NCBI GenBank assembly: GCA_963788195.1
Contig: CAWBGA010000005.1
Location: forward strand, 160,001 to 224,000
Direction: 5' to 3'
Origin: Nitrospirota bacterium
GTDB taxonomy: Bacteria > Nitrospirota > Nitrospiria > Nitrospirales > NS-4
DNA length: 64,000 bases
Both the position numbers and the translations under genes were made by a program. The notes below the pieces were generated by a model that did not search any database, was not told the DNA's origin, and saw only the letters and a program-made list of their open reading frames with translations. Shown piece by piece: positions 48,573 through 60,600 of the stretch (its first letter is position 1; every line of letters begins with the position of its first letter).

Positions 48573-50900
48573 ATGGCGTCTGGAGGTAGATCTAGAGCCC
48601 TAGAAAAGCGGCACGAAATGGTCGGGGTGGTGCTTCTCACCTTGGCGCTGCTTTTTGCGCTTTCGTTACTTTCCTATTCTCCCCGCGACCCGATCCTATT
48701 CGAAGACTCAATACACAACGGCTCCGCCGTCAATCTGATCGGAAAGGTCGGCACGACCTTGGCGGCAGTCGCCTACTGGCTTATCGGCGGCGCGGCCTAT
48801 CTGTTGCCGATTGCTTTAACCGTACTTGGTGGACGCTGTTTTCTCGCCGGTGGCATGGGTATGACATTGCGAAGCGCTATCGGCTTTGCCAGCCTCATTG
48901 TTTTTGGGTCGGCCGCGTTGGCCCTTCACGTCCCGGGAATTCCGACAGCGACCAGCGGCTGGACCCAGTTAGGGCACGCGGGCGGATCTCTAGGCGATAC
49001 GCTGAGTACTCTGCTGGTCTTGTATCTGGCCCGTCTGGGCGCGCATATCGTGGTGGGTGCCGGCCTCATACTGTCAGTCCTGATCGCGATGCCTATATCT
49101 TTGGTGGCGCTGGGGCGGGAGGCGCGGGAAATTATCGCGACGCTCGCGGATTGGGCGAATGAACGCTGGCGCGGTTTAAAGACCCCCACCATGCAAACGC
49201 CACGCAGTTCCAAAGTAAGGCCGGTGAAGATCAATCGGGCTCAGGGCTCCCGGATTTCCCAAGACGCGACAATCACCCGCGAGGGCCCGCAAGGCAGGAC
49301 TCCCGAGCGCGACGCACCCGACGAGTTGCCCGAAGACGTCCCGGCCGCAATGCCGGAGTCAGCCGGGTTCGTACTGCCATCAGCAGAGCTTCTGCTGATT
49401 GATGCTCCGAGTTCCGTCGAGCGGTTGACCGACGAGGAGATCCAGGCGCAAGCCGCTGTCTTGACCGGAGCCCTAGCCAACTTCGGTATCAATGGGCAGG
49501 TCATTCAGACACATGTCGGGCCGGTCGTCACGATGTATGAGTTCGAACCCGCGCGCGGGGTGAAGGTGGCGAGGATCGTGAACCTCGCTGACGATCTCGC
49601 GCTGGCAATGAAAGCGATGAGCATTCGCATTGTTGCTCCGATTCCGGGAAAATCCGTCGTCGGAATCGAGGTGCCCAATCCGCGACGTGAGGATGTCGCG
49701 CTCAAAGAAATTCTGCTCAGCGAACCTTACGTCAAAATGCGCTCTCCTTTGAAGCTCGCCCTCGGCAAGGACATTTTCGGAAAGCCTGTCGTCGCGGATC
49801 TGCGCGGCATGCCACACTTGTTGGTCGCCGGTGCGACAGGTTCAGGCAAGAGCGTTGGTTTAAACACCATGATTCTCAGCCTGCTATTCTCGGCCCCTCC
49901 CCGTGAAGTCAAGTTCCTGATGATCGACCCCAAAATGCTGGAACTGGCTCTTTACGAGGGGATTCCCCATCTCTGGAGGCCCGTCATCACTGAACCGAAA
50001 GCCGCTGCGCGCGGTCTGCTCTTGGCCGTCCGTGAGATGGAGCGTCGGTACAAGGTCATGGCTGAACACGGAGCTCGGAATATCGAGACATACAATCGAA
50101 ACGTGGCCGAACTTCAAGGGGTGCTCCCGTTCGAGGCGGAGGCAGCCACGGTCCAACACACCGAGTACCTTTCAGAAGAAGAGCGTTTGTCCGCCGGGGA
50201 GACGACGTCGCCTGGGGCGACCGCTCCTCGCACTCCACCTGCGCCTCTTCCATACCTCGTCATCGTCATTGATGAATTGGCGGACTTGATGATGGTGGCA
50301 GCCAAAGAAGTCGAAGATTCAATTGCGCGGCTCGCTCAAATGGCTCGTGCGGCGGGTATCCATTTGATCCTCGCCACGCAGCGTCCCTCTGTTGACGTGA
50401 TCACCGGCATCATCAAGGCTAATTTTCCGGCTCGGATCGCGTTTCAAGTCGCATCGAAAATCGATTCCCGCACCGTTCTTGATCAAAACGGCGCCGACCA
50501 ACTGCTCGGCCGCGGAGACATGCTCTATTTAGCCACCGGCGCCGGCAAACTGAGCCGTGTGCATGGCGCCTTCGTCCCTGACGCTGATCTCAAGAAGGTG
50601 GTGGAGTTTATCAAAAACCAAAGCCCGCCGGCGTACGCCGAAGAGCTTACGGCGAGTGGAAATGAGGCAAGCGCCGACGATGCAAGTCGCGATGAAATCT
50701 ACGAGAAGGCGAAGGAAATAGTGATGACGACCGGGCAGGCATCGGCGTCCTTTCTTCAACGGCGCCTCCGCATTGGCTATCCTCGTGCTGCGCGTCTGGT
50801 TGAGATGATGGAACAGGACGGCATTGTCGGCGCCCCGAGCCGCGACGGGCGACGTGAGGTATTAATGAAACGGGTCGGAGTCGATGATGGACGCGCATGA
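48573..50900 (+). CDS. ftsK: DNA translocase FtsK
   Basis: N-terminal TMs, GATGSGKS, IDELADLMM, gamma domain LQRRLRIGYPRAAR. Confidence 0.97.
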   Translation: MASGGRSRALEKRHEMVGVVLLTLALLFALSLLSYSPRDPILFEDSIHNGSAVNLIGKVGTTLAAVAYWLIGGAAYLLPIALTVLGGRCFLAGGMGMTLRSAIGFASLIVFGSAALALHVPGIPTATSGWTQLGHAGGSLGDTLSTLLVLYLARLGAHIVVGAGLILSVLIAMPISLVALGREAREIIATLADWANERWRGLKTPTMQTPRSSKVRPVKINRAQGSRISQDATITREGPQGRTPERDAPDELPEDVPAAMPESAGFVLPSAELLLIDAPSSVERLTDEEIQAQAAVLTGALANFGINGQVIQTHVGPVVTMYEFEPARGVKVARIVNLADDLALAMKAMSIRIVAPIPGKSVVGIEVPNPRREDVALKEILLSEPYVKMRSPLKLALGKDIFGKPVVADLRGMPHLLVAGATGSGKSVGLNTMILSLLFSAPPREVKFLMIDPKMLELALYEGIPHLWRPVITEPKAAARGLLLAVREMERRYKVMAEHGARNIETYNRNVAELQGVLPFEAEAATVQHTEYLSEEERLSAGETTSPGATAPRTPPAPLPYLVIVIDELADLMMVAAKEVEDSIARLAQMARAAGIHLILATQRPSVDVITGIIKANFPARIAFQVASKIDSRTVLDQNGADQLLGRGDMLYLATGAGKLSRVHGAFVPDADLKKVVEFIKNQSPPAYAEELTASGNEASADDASRDEIYEKAKEIVMTTGQASASFLQRRLRIGYPRAARLVEMMEQDGIVGAPSRDGRREVLMKRVGVDDGRA

Positions 50901-51572
50901 TACCTGTTAGGATCATAGGTCTCACTGGTCATATTACTCCTTACCACGGGAACGATCACCGATGCGGCTGTCGATCCCATCAAAGAGATCGTGTCCAAGG
51001 TGGAAGCCCGTTATCGCGCCACCAACGATCTGACGGCCGATTTTAATCAGACCACCACGGTGAAAGGTTTTGCGACCGCGCTCAAGTCCGCGGGACGCGT
51101 CTACCTGAAGCGCGCGGGCAAGTTGCGCTGGGATTACCTGGAACCCAATCTTGAACAGATCTTCGTTGAGAATGATCACGTCCAGTTCTATGTGCCGGAG
51201 CATAAGCAGGTCTTGACAGGTCAGCTCTCGAAGATGGCTGACTCGCAGGCGCCCCTGCAACTCCTCCAAGGCGCCGCTCGGCTCGATAAACACTATGAGG
51301 TGTCGGCGGTTCCTGGGGGCGCGAAAGGCCGCCTACCCCTGCTGTCGTTGACGCCCTTGAGAGGCGGGCCGGATCAACCGCGGATCGTTGTGGAGGTGGA
51401 CCCGGAGAGTTACTATCTGCGGCGGGTAGAGCTTCATGATGTCAACGGAGGCGTCTCTAATATTGTCTTCAGCAATATCCGGGCTAATTCCGGCTTGAAG
51501 GATGACGTTTTTGTTTTTTCAGTGCCCGCGGACGTTGAGGTCGTGCCTGCTCCCAAGCTTGCCGGCCCATGA
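50897..51572 (+). CDS. lolA: Outer-membrane lipoprotein carrier LolA (likely indel in the signal peptide)
   Basis: ADFNQ, KRAGKLRWDY, APLQLL; follows ftsK. Confidence 0.88.
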
Positions 51573-51619
51573 AGGTCTGCGGTCGCCTCGAGCACTGACG
51601 CCCCTCCAAGACGACCACT

Positions 51620-52009
51620 ATGCCCTGGACGGCCAAATGGATCGCGTTGATTATCGGCACAGTTGTCGTGCTCGTCATCGCGGATCGCGTGTGGTACGTC
51701 AAGGAGATGAAAGCTCTTGCCAACATGCTCGGGGTGGAATGGTCCAAAATTGAGCGCCGGGGAACCTTTCCGTTTGAATATTATAAGAAAGCCGTCCATT
51801 ACGGAATGACCCGCGACGATGTGCTAAAACGCATGGTCGGCTATTCGAGCGTGGATGAAAAACAGTTCGGGCCGTACCTCTACCAAACCTATTACTATAG
51901 ATTCGGTGTGCTCAGCCGTCACGGCGTTCGCATCGAGTATGACCAGTTCGGGCGGGTGCGCACCGTCGAGGACGCACCACCGGTGCCGCCCCAGGATTTT
52001 TCAAAGTAA
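51620..52009 (+). CDS. Hypothetical membrane-anchored SmpA/OmlA-like protein
   Basis: N-terminal TM; GMTRDDVLKRMVG. Confidence 0.6.
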   Translation: MPWTAKWIALIIGTVVVLVIADRVWYVKEMKALANMLGVEWSKIERRGTFPFEYYKKAVHYGMTRDDVLKRMVGYSSVDEKQFGPYLYQTYYYRFGVLSRHGVRIEYDQFGRVRTVEDAPPVPPQDFSK

Positions 52010-52049
52010 TATTTAGGAAAAGGGACAGATTTATTTTCCTGTCGAGTTG

Positions 52050-52124
52050 AAATAGGGCCAGAGTCGATTTATGAGGTTTTGCGTCTCAGATTCTCCAGAC
52101 CATAAATCGACTCTGACCCTATTT
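52050..52124. repeat. REPIN-like inverted repeat
   Basis: aaatagggccagagtcgatttatg ... cataaatcgactctgaccctattt. Confidence 0.75.
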
Positions 52125-52166
52125 TCGCCTTTTGCCCCCATGTGGTAGACGAGTATACTGGCCCCC

Positions 52167-53982
52167 ATGTGGGTGAAGCGCTGGTTGCTGGGGCGTCCGC
52201 TCGCCACGGCGCAATCGGGTGAGCAGCGGCTGTCGAATCCAGTCGCCCTTGCGATCTTCTCCTCTGATCCGCTTTCCTCGGTAGCCTACGCCACGGAGGA
52301 GATCCTACTTGTCTTGATCTTGGCCGGCACCGCCGCCCTGCATTACTCTATCGGCATCAGCATCGTCATCGTTGGATTAGTGGCCATTCTCACCGCCTCC
52401 TATCGCCAGACGATTTTCGCCTACCCTTCGGGCGGTGGCGCCTATGTCGTCTCGAAATCCAACCTCGGCGAATCACCGGGTTTGGTTGCGGCCGCTGCCC
52501 TGCTCATTGATTATGTGCTCACGGTGGCCGTCAGTGTCGCAGCAGGCGTCGCGGCTCTTACATCGGCGATCCCGGCTTTGCTTGAGCACCGTGTTGCCTT
52601 GGGACTGGCCGCGATCGTCCTTCTGACCTGGGGCAATCTACGGGGCGTGCGAGAATCAGGCCGGATCTTTGCTTTGCCGACATACATGTTCGTCGGCGGG
52701 CTCGGCCTGGTTATCCTGGTTGGTTTGGGTCGAGCGCTCTTTGGCGCATCCGTAGAACATTCACCTCCACCCATCCCCGCCGTCCAGGGACTGACATTGT
52801 TCCTGCTTCTTCGCGCTTTCTCCTCCGGTTGCACGGCGTTGACAGGAATAGAGGCGATCTCCAATGGGGTGCCCGCTTTCCGAGATCCGGTGTCTAAGAA
52901 TGCCGCCACTACGATGACTTGGATGGCCATCATGTTGGGCAGTCTTTTCCTTGGCCTCACGGCTCTCGCATATATCTACGGGCTCGTGCCACGAGAAGAA
53001 GAGACCCTGATCTCGCAGATCGCAAGAATTTCGCTGGGCGGCGGAATCTTCTATTATTTCATGCAAGCCGCGACGATGCTGATTCTGATTCTCGCCGCAA
53101 ATACGGCAGTACAACGGCTTTCCGCGGCTGGCCTCGTTGTTGGCGCAGGATGGTTTCCTTCCGCATCAGATGCGTGTTCAGGGTGATCGGCTGGCGTTTT
53201 CGAACGGGATTTTGATCCTCGGTGCGTGCGCGGCGCTCTTGCTGATAATTTTTCGCGGCAATACGCATGCCTTGATTCCCCTGTATGCCGTCGGCGTTTT
53301 TCTCTCGTTTACTCTCTCGCAGTCGGGCATGGTCAGGCATTGGCAGGATCACAGGAGGCAAGGGTGGCGCAAAGCCCTGGCCATCAATCTAACGGGCGCA
53401 GTGGCGACAGGAGTGGCGACCGTTGTCCTGACGGTGACGAAGTTTACACACGGCGCCTGGGTCGTGATCGTCTTGATTCCGTTGCTGATCGTGATGTTCC
53501 GGAAGATACGATGGCATTATCGAATTGCCGATTGGCAACTTGCCTTGGACATGTACGAACGGCCGAAGCTGCCGCCGCCGAATATCATGGTGATGCCGAT
53601 CAGCACTGTGAACAGGGCGGTGGTCATGGCGTTGGATTACGCGCGCGAGCGCGGACAAGATCTGCGTGCGGTATACGTTGATTTGAACCCCGAGGAAACC
53701 GTCAAGATCAAAGAGCAGTGGGAGCAATGGGGCGCGAAGGTTCCTTTGGTGATTCTGCCTTCTCCGTATCGATCGTTTTTGGGGCCGTTACTTCACTACA
53801 TCGAAGGCGTCCGTCAAAGTCATCCGGGCGGGTGGGTCACCGTCGTGCTCCCGGAGGTGATCCCGGCCAAATTATGGCAAAATCTCCTGCATAATCAGCG
53901 AGCGCTTTTGATCAAGGCGGCTTTGCTCTTTAAATTCCGAGTAGTCGTCGTGGACGTTCCGTACCATCTTGGGCTGAAGTAG
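52167..53982 (+). CDS. APC family permease, KimA/YdaO-like K+ transporter (frameshift ~53108)
   Basis: SSDPLSSVAYATEE, YPSGGGAY, TGIEAISNGV, LIPLYAVGVF, LLHNQ. Confidence 0.9.
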
Positions 53983-54074
53983 CCCTTACCCCGTATCCCC
54001 TTCTCCTGCGCCTTTCGCCGGGTGCTTGCTGCATGGTAGAGTTATACTCGTGCAAATTTTATACGGAGGTCATA

Positions 54075-55755
54075 ATGCGTCGGGCCCCTGTTTCAAAGAT
54101 TGTCTTATTTCTTGTCGCGATTCTCCTCGGTCGCCCTGAGTTCACCTTTCCGCAACCGGAGCAGCCTTCGGGGACTCAGAAGAGGAGCAAGTCCGTCGGC
54201 TCTCCCGCGATGTCGGCCGCGCTGCAATACGCCGAGGCAGTGTCATCCGGCAACCGGGCGGTTGTCGGCCGCTTGGACTTCGGATGTTTGTATGGGCTGG
54301 TTTCGCGCGCCGGCAAGCCGGTCAAAACGCTTCCGCCGGCAGGGGATCCCTACTATGAAGCCTGTTGGCAAAAGCTTGCGACCGCACACGCGACTGTGGT
54401 TGAGCAGCAGGACCAGAACGTCCACACAATATGGCCCGGCAAAGGGAATCTCGTGTTCTTCAGTGAGGAGCTCACGGAATACGCGCCTTCATTTTTTGTC
54501 ATGGATCAAGGTTGGGCTCTCCCCTCCGGGTAGCGGCTTGCGCTTGGAGCTGTTGAAAAGCAGGCGTCTGCCGGCGGCGTCATTTCAGCTTGGTGAAAAG
54601 GCGCCAATCGTTGAAGCGCCCGCAACAATGGTGACAATGAAGGTGGCCTATAAGGATCCTTTAACTTCCCCGATCACCTTTGCCCCCGGGCTCCTGACAA
54701 AGTTGACGAACGTCATCAAAAGTCCAAAGCAAGCGCTCAAACAAGTGACCATCCGATGGGTGGTGCTATCGGGCCTTCGCAAGCTTGGATTTCCGGCAGA
54801 TGTCGCCGTTGTGAATCTGCCGGCTCCCGGCCCCGAGGATTCCGCCATTCCCTTTGTGACAGAGAGCGGGGGATATGAGGCGGGGACCGGCGAATGGTGG
54901 GGTCCTGCCGATTCCCCTGGGGTTCTTGTCGCCGCCATCGGCCGGGCCACTCAGCTTCCGGAGCAGCAGGACCGCATTGCCATGCTGAACAGAGTGCTGA
55001 TTATAGATCCTCTCAGGCAAGAGGCGCTCAGTGTTCTCTCGCGTGAACTGTACCAGACCGTATTGAGAATGGGAGCCACGGCGGGTCACGTCTCGATCGG
55101 GGATCCTGAACTTGCCGCGCGTTTTAATGAGCTCTATTGGAACGCATATTCGGAAACCGTCGAGAACCGATATCTCGCTGGGTATGGAAATGGGTGGTCG
55201 TCTGGGGCTGGCGCAGCCGACCGCCGCGGACTATTTCTATCGGATGGTTCCAGTGATGGAGACACTCGCCAAGGTGCAGCCGGAAGATCTCGAGAATCGC
55301 TTGCGGTTGGGCATGGCGTATCGGTGGAACAATGATCAATTAACGGCTATTGCCACGCATGAGGCGCTACTTAAGGACCTACATCCCCATCAAAAGGCTC
55401 TAAGAGCGCGCGCGTTAATCGAGTTAGCGTGGTCACGGATCGCAAAAGTGGCTTGGAACCGCACCTTTGACGACCCCGGCATTCTGCAGGCCTATAATGA
55501 GGCGGCAGAGGCGTATGACCTGACGGATCGGCCGTTGGACAAATTTACTGCCGCCTACACAATGGCATACAGCCATGCGTTCATGCCGAAGCGCGACAAC
55601 CGGGCAATGCTTCAGCGGTTGACTGAGGCGCACGAGTGGTATTTGCAACTTAGATGGCGCATCGCAGGCGTCCTGGCTTTATCTGCTCGGCAACGATACC
55701 TTGAAAGGCGTCATCAGTGCCGACCCGGCCTTCAAGCCGTTACTTGCCGCCTCGT
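54075..55755 (+). CDS. Large exported hypothetical TPR-like protein (about three frameshifts)
   Basis: SD GGAGG and signal peptide; coding-like segments continue across ORFs 54033, 54100 and 55112. Confidence 0.6.
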
Positions 55756-56150
55756 AAACGCTCCTTCAACCAGCAACGATCCATCACAACCAGCAATCCG
55801 GCCTGATGAGCGCGCCTCGCCGCCGCTTCATCGATAACCCCCTCCTGCAGCCAGACGGCTTTCGCGCCGATCCGGATCGCTTCGTCAACCACGGCACCGG
55901 CTTCCTCAGAGCGCCTAAACACATTGACAAGATCGACCTTGTGAGGAATTGCGCCCAGCGACGGGTAGGCCGGCTCGCCGAGCACACTGGTCTCGTGGGG
56001 GTTGACCGGAATCACCCGATAGCCTTGTTGCTTCATGTAGCCCGCGACGCTGTACGAAGGCCGGCCGGGATTGGAGGAGAGCCCGACGACGGCGATCGTA
56101 CGGCATTCCTTCAAAATCCGCTGGATAATATCTGCGCTGGAAACATCCAT
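55740..56150 (-). CDS. CoA-binding protein (YccU-like)
   Basis: IAVVGLS, VIPVNP, VFRRS, WLQEG, MDRC. Confidence 0.92.
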   Translation of the reverse strand: MDVSSADIIQRILKECRTIAVVGLSSNPGRPSYSVAGYMKQQGYRVIPVNPHETSVLGEPAYPSLGAIPHKVDLVNVFRRSEEAGAVVDEAIRIGAKAVWLQEGVIDEAAARRAHQAGLLVVMDRCWLKERLRGGK

Positions 56151-56254
56151 ATTCTTCCTATCACATGAGAACTAGCGCTGTGGAGCGTGCCTAATGTTTG
56201 ACTATGTTCGACCATTGAGTAAGATAGCTCGTCTACTGCCAGGATAAACCCGGC

Positions 56255-56755
56255 ATGATCATAACAAAATCCCATCACACCGGCATCGTCCTGATCGCGG
56301 GCTTTAAACTGCTTAAGGGGATGCTGCTCCTGATCGTCGGCCTCGGCCTTTTTAAGCTGGTCCATGCTGAGGTCGCCACCCTGTTTTCCAGACTTTTGGA
56401 AGGGCTGCATCTGAATACCGACTCTCGCGTCCTTCACGCTCTGGTCCTCAGAGTGGACGCGTTGCAGCCAGACACAATCTTGGTCATGGGTTTCGTGACC
56501 ATTGCATACGCAGTGCTGCTACTGGTTGAGGGGGTCGGGTTATGGTTCGAAAAGGCGTGGGCAGGCTATCTCACAGTAATCTCGACCAGTCTGTTTCTTC
56601 CCTTCGAACTCTATGAGGTCATCAAGCGAGTGACGGCGTTGCGGGTCATCGTTCTGCTCTTGAATGTTGTCATCGTCGTGTATCTTATAAGACAACTCAA
56701 ACTTCATACCTTGCAGACACGCCACAAACGTCCTCTCACGGTCCCTCACTTGTAA
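56255..56755 (+). CDS. DUF2127 membrane protein
   Basis: FKLLKG, EGVGLW, FLPFELYE. Confidence 0.85.
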   Translation: MIITKSHHTGIVLIAGFKLLKGMLLLIVGLGLFKLVHAEVATLFSRLLEGLHLNTDSRVLHALVLRVDALQPDTILVMGFVTIAYAVLLLVEGVGLWFEKAWAGYLTVISTSLFLPFELYEVIKRVTALRVIVLLLNVVIVVYLIRQLKLHTLQTRHKRPLTVPHL

Positions 56756-56764
56756 GCGATCTGA

Positions 56765-57200
56765 CAAAACCTCGCGACTTGCTTGCGCTTCGCGGAGCGA
56801 GCAGGTCAGTTCGAGGTCAGGACTCGTTCTCGGCAGCACAAAAAGGGGACAGGCACCATTCGGAAATGGAGCCAGTCCCCTTTCTCGCACCAGCGAAGGA
56901 GAGAGTGAGACGGGTGACGCCGAACGGGGCCATTCCACCCTCCCACCCTAGTGGTGCATTTCACCCGCCCGCCCCAAGCCTGTCGGGACAGGCTTTTGTC
57001 CCGTAGGACACGCCCTTCTCCCCTGGACGAAAGCTCGCGACTTGCTTGCGCCCCTTGACACCCGCCCGCCCTGGAGTCTGCCGGGACGGAGCTCCTTTGC
57101 CCATTGCATGTCAAACGGGTGGTGCGAGTTGCGCTGTCGCTTTCGAGCGACTTCGGCTTCGGGAGCGAGCCGGACAGAGCAACGAAGCGACAGGACCCGT
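56765..57200. repeat. Intergenic mosaic of palindromes and REP-like units
   Basis: ctcgcgacttgcttgcgc twice (56771, 57034); GGGGACAGG...CCAGTCCCC (56840-56883); two hairpin/G-tail units on the minus strand. Confidence 0.7.
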
Positions 57201-57262
57201 TTGCAGAGCAATGGGTGCCCCGGCTGTTCGGCGGCAGGCCCCGTCTCAATGACTCTCCGAGC

Positions 57263-57616
57263 CTATTTCTGCTTGGCGACGATCTTGTCCTTGATCTTGT
57301 CGTACGTCGCCTGGGGAATGATCTTCTTTTTCGCAAGCTCGTTTTTCCCCTTGTAGGGCCGTCCGCTGACGATCTTATCGGACAGAGCTTCGCCGATTCC
57401 TTCTAGCGTCTGAAGTTCTGCTTTACTGGCCGAGTTGATATCGACCAGGCCCTGGGCCTCTTTGGACTTATCGGCTTCCTTGGCGGCTGCCGTCTTTGCA
57501 GGCGGCTTATCCTTTTTGTCGGCGGCAATGCCTGGAGCCCCTATCCCTACGACGAAGGCCGCTGTCAGAATTACGGGGAGGGTCCATCGCAAAACCGAAT
57601 TGATCCTTCTCTTCAT
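57263..57616 (-). CDS. ComEA-like helix-hairpin-helix protein
   Basis: VDINSASKAELQTLEGIG...I..GRPY; signal peptide; SD AAGGAGG. Confidence 0.88.
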   Translation of the reverse strand: MKRRINSVLRWTLPVILTAAFVVGIGAPGIAADKKDKPPAKTAAAKEADKSKEAQGLVDINSASKAELQTLEGIGEALSDKIVSGRPYKGKNELAKKKIIPQATYDKIKDKIVAKQK

Positions 57617-57647
57617 AATATCCTCCTTGTTGATGAAACCATGTTGG

Positions 57648-60600
57648 CTACCGCGTGATGGGAATATTGAGTGGGCTGAGATCACCCACCGCCTCGGTCA
57701 GATCGTATTGCGCTTCTTCCACCAAGGCACGAAGCTCCAAATCTCTTAAACGCACCTCCCGATTAGTCCGGTAAGCATCCACGAGTTCGAGTATGCCCCG
57801 GGCACCTTCTCTATAGGCTGACTGAGCAATACGCAGCAAGCGTTCGGATCGCTCCTTAACAGCTGTTTGAAAGCGCTCGCGTTCCGACCGCCGTTGTTGA
57901 TACACGGCCGCCGCGCGGGTGACCTCGGTGGGAATGCGAGTCTCCAGGGCCTGAACATCGAAACGGGCGGCGTCTGCAGAAAAGCGCGCTGCCCGAATCG
58001 TGCCTTGACCGCGGCGGAAAATCGGAAGGGGTACGGAGACTCCGCCCATCAAGTCTGTGCTGCGTGGTCCAGAGGTGTTGAGCATGCCGAGGCTGAAGGT
58101 TAAGTCAGGCACGACTTCTCGACGCGTCAGGGTGGCTGACACTTCGGCGCCCGAGGCGATAGCGCGTGCGATCTTCAAATCGGGCCGGCTGGTCTGCGCC
58201 AAGGCAATGAGTGCTTCAGTTTCGGTGTACGGCAGATCTATCCCGACGGGGGTCGCAGAAAAGGGTCCTTGAGGGGCAGTGGCGCCGATGGCTTTGCGGA
58301 GTTCCTCTCGTGCCCGCCTTTCATCAGTGAGCGCTTCACTCAGCGCGCTCCTTACTCGCTCCATCTCAAGCTCGGCTCTGGTGAGATCGTATTGCGCCGT
58401 CGCTCCGGAACTCACACGCTTCCGGAGAACTTCCACGACGTTCTCCAGAGCAGCCACATCTTGCTGCGTAAAGGAGACCCTCTGCTGGGCGGCCAGCAGA
58501 CGCCCGTACGCTCTCAGTACTGACAACCGAAGCGCGATATCCCGTAACGCAAAGAGCGCTTCCGCGGCGGCCTGATTAGCTTCGGCGATTTGTCGGCGAA
58601 GGCCTAACTGTCCTGCGATCGGTACGGTCTGGGAAAGCGCGTTGGAATAATAGTGGTTGCCATTTGTTGGTGTGCCGGAGTTGTTATGCCCTTGTGAGTG
58701 CGAGACTGTGGGATTCTCCAAGAGCCCCGCGGCTCGGACCTGCTGACGCGCGACCTCCACCTGCGCCCGAGCGGATTTGAGCTCGAGATTGCCTTCGTCA
58801 TAAGCCTTCAGTGCATCGTCCAAAGTTAAAGAAGGCGCGCTGATGTTGGTAAGAGCGGTTCCCTCTCCGGGTCGGCTCTGAGATGCAGCTTCTGTGGCCG
58901 TGAATACCAGGCTCGAGGACAATAAGAGAATGAGCAGAGCGACAGATGGAGGACGAGGGGTCATGCCGGGGCGCATGATTTTGGAGAACACTGGAAAGCT
59001 GAACAGAACGGGAATGAGAAATAGCGTTAGTGCGGTGGACGTCACGATCCCTCCGATGATGACGAGGGCAAAAGGCCGTTGAATTTCGGAGCCCATGCCA
59101 TGGGAGAGCGCTGCGGGAACAAGACCCAAGCCTGCCAAAAGCGCCGTCATGACGAGGGCTCTGAGGCGCAGGCTCACACCCTTGAGAATCAAGTCATTCG
59201 TCGTCATCGCCTCTCCCTCCTGCTGCAGTTGTCTAAACGTGGCGACAAGCAGAACACCGTTCAGCACAGTTTGCCCCATAAGAGCGATCAGCCCGACAGC
59301 GGCGGATACGGAGAAGACCGTCCCGGTGAGCCATAAGGTGATCACCCCTCCCACGAAGGCGCATGGGGCCACAAGAATGATCAAGAGCGCGTCACGGAAC
59401 GACCCGAAGGCCAGATACAGCAGTGCTATGACGGCGAGCACTGCCAGCGGGACAACGACGCTGAGGCGGGCCATGGCCCGTCGCTGATTCTCAAACTCAC
59501 CGCCCCATGTCGTGTAATAGCCCGCTGGCAGCTTCACTGCGTGTTGGACCTTGGTCATCGCTTCAGCGACGAAACTTCCCATGTCCCGATCGCCGATGTT
59601 AGATTTGACCGCCACGAATTTGCTGTTATTCTGCCGCCACAGTTGTGCCTGGCCTTCTGCTACGCGAATCCTGGCGATGGTGTCCAATCGGATCCGTCCG
59701 CCGTCCGGGGTGCCGACTGTGATTTCTCCGATCCGTGAGGCGCTGGCGCGGTTTGACTCGGCCAGGATCACGCGTACGCCGAACCGTTTCTCGCCCTCCC
59801 AGAATCTCGTCGCAATGCGTCCGCCTATGGCCGTTTCGATCACGCGCTCGACGTCCTCCACCGTCAGGCCATGGCGGGCAATGAGGGGACGGTCCAATTC
59901 AATGACGAGTTGAGGAATTTTTCCCGTTCGGTACACCGCCGGGTCTTCCACGGCAGCCACCCTTTTCAACACCGAGAGGATCTCGAATGCTTTGGCTTGA
60001 AGGACAGAAGGGTCTTCGCCAAATACCTTGATGACCACTTGCCCACGGATGCCACTGATGGCCTCCTGAACGTTGTCAGCAATGGGCTGGGAGAAATTAA
60101 ACATGACGCCCGGTATCCGGCTGACCTTTTGGCGCATGGCTTCCACGAGTTGCGCTTTCGAACGGTGGGTCGTCCACTCCGCTTCCGGATGCAAATGGAT
60201 GAACGTCTCGCTCTGGTTCGGCCCAATAGTGTCGGTGCCGTCTTCCGGGCGTCCCTGTTCCGAGAGGACTCCTGCGACCTCCGGAAACTCTTCCAGCATC
60301 TCACGGACGTCGCTCAAGATCCGCTGCCCGTCAGGCAGGGAGATGGAGTTCGGCATCTCCACATACACATGGAGGTCGCCTTCATTGAGCTCGGGCAGAA
60401 ACTCGGTTCCAAGGCGAGTCATAAGGACGCCGGCCAACACCAGGAGCCCAATCATGCAAGCAATCACGACGTACCGATACGCGAGCGCGCGCACAATCAG
60501 CGGCTCCACGCGACGTCGCATGGTCGCCAGCAACCAGGGTTCTGTTTCGGCTTCAGACGGAGCTGTGCGGATCAACAGCGCGGCTACTGCCAGGACAGTG

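Noticed and set aside
52010..52166. c-di-AMP (ydaO) riboswitch before the kimA-like gene
   Set aside because: No GCTGAATC/GGGGGAACC consensus; the region is a repeat palindrome plus an apparently leaderless promoter.
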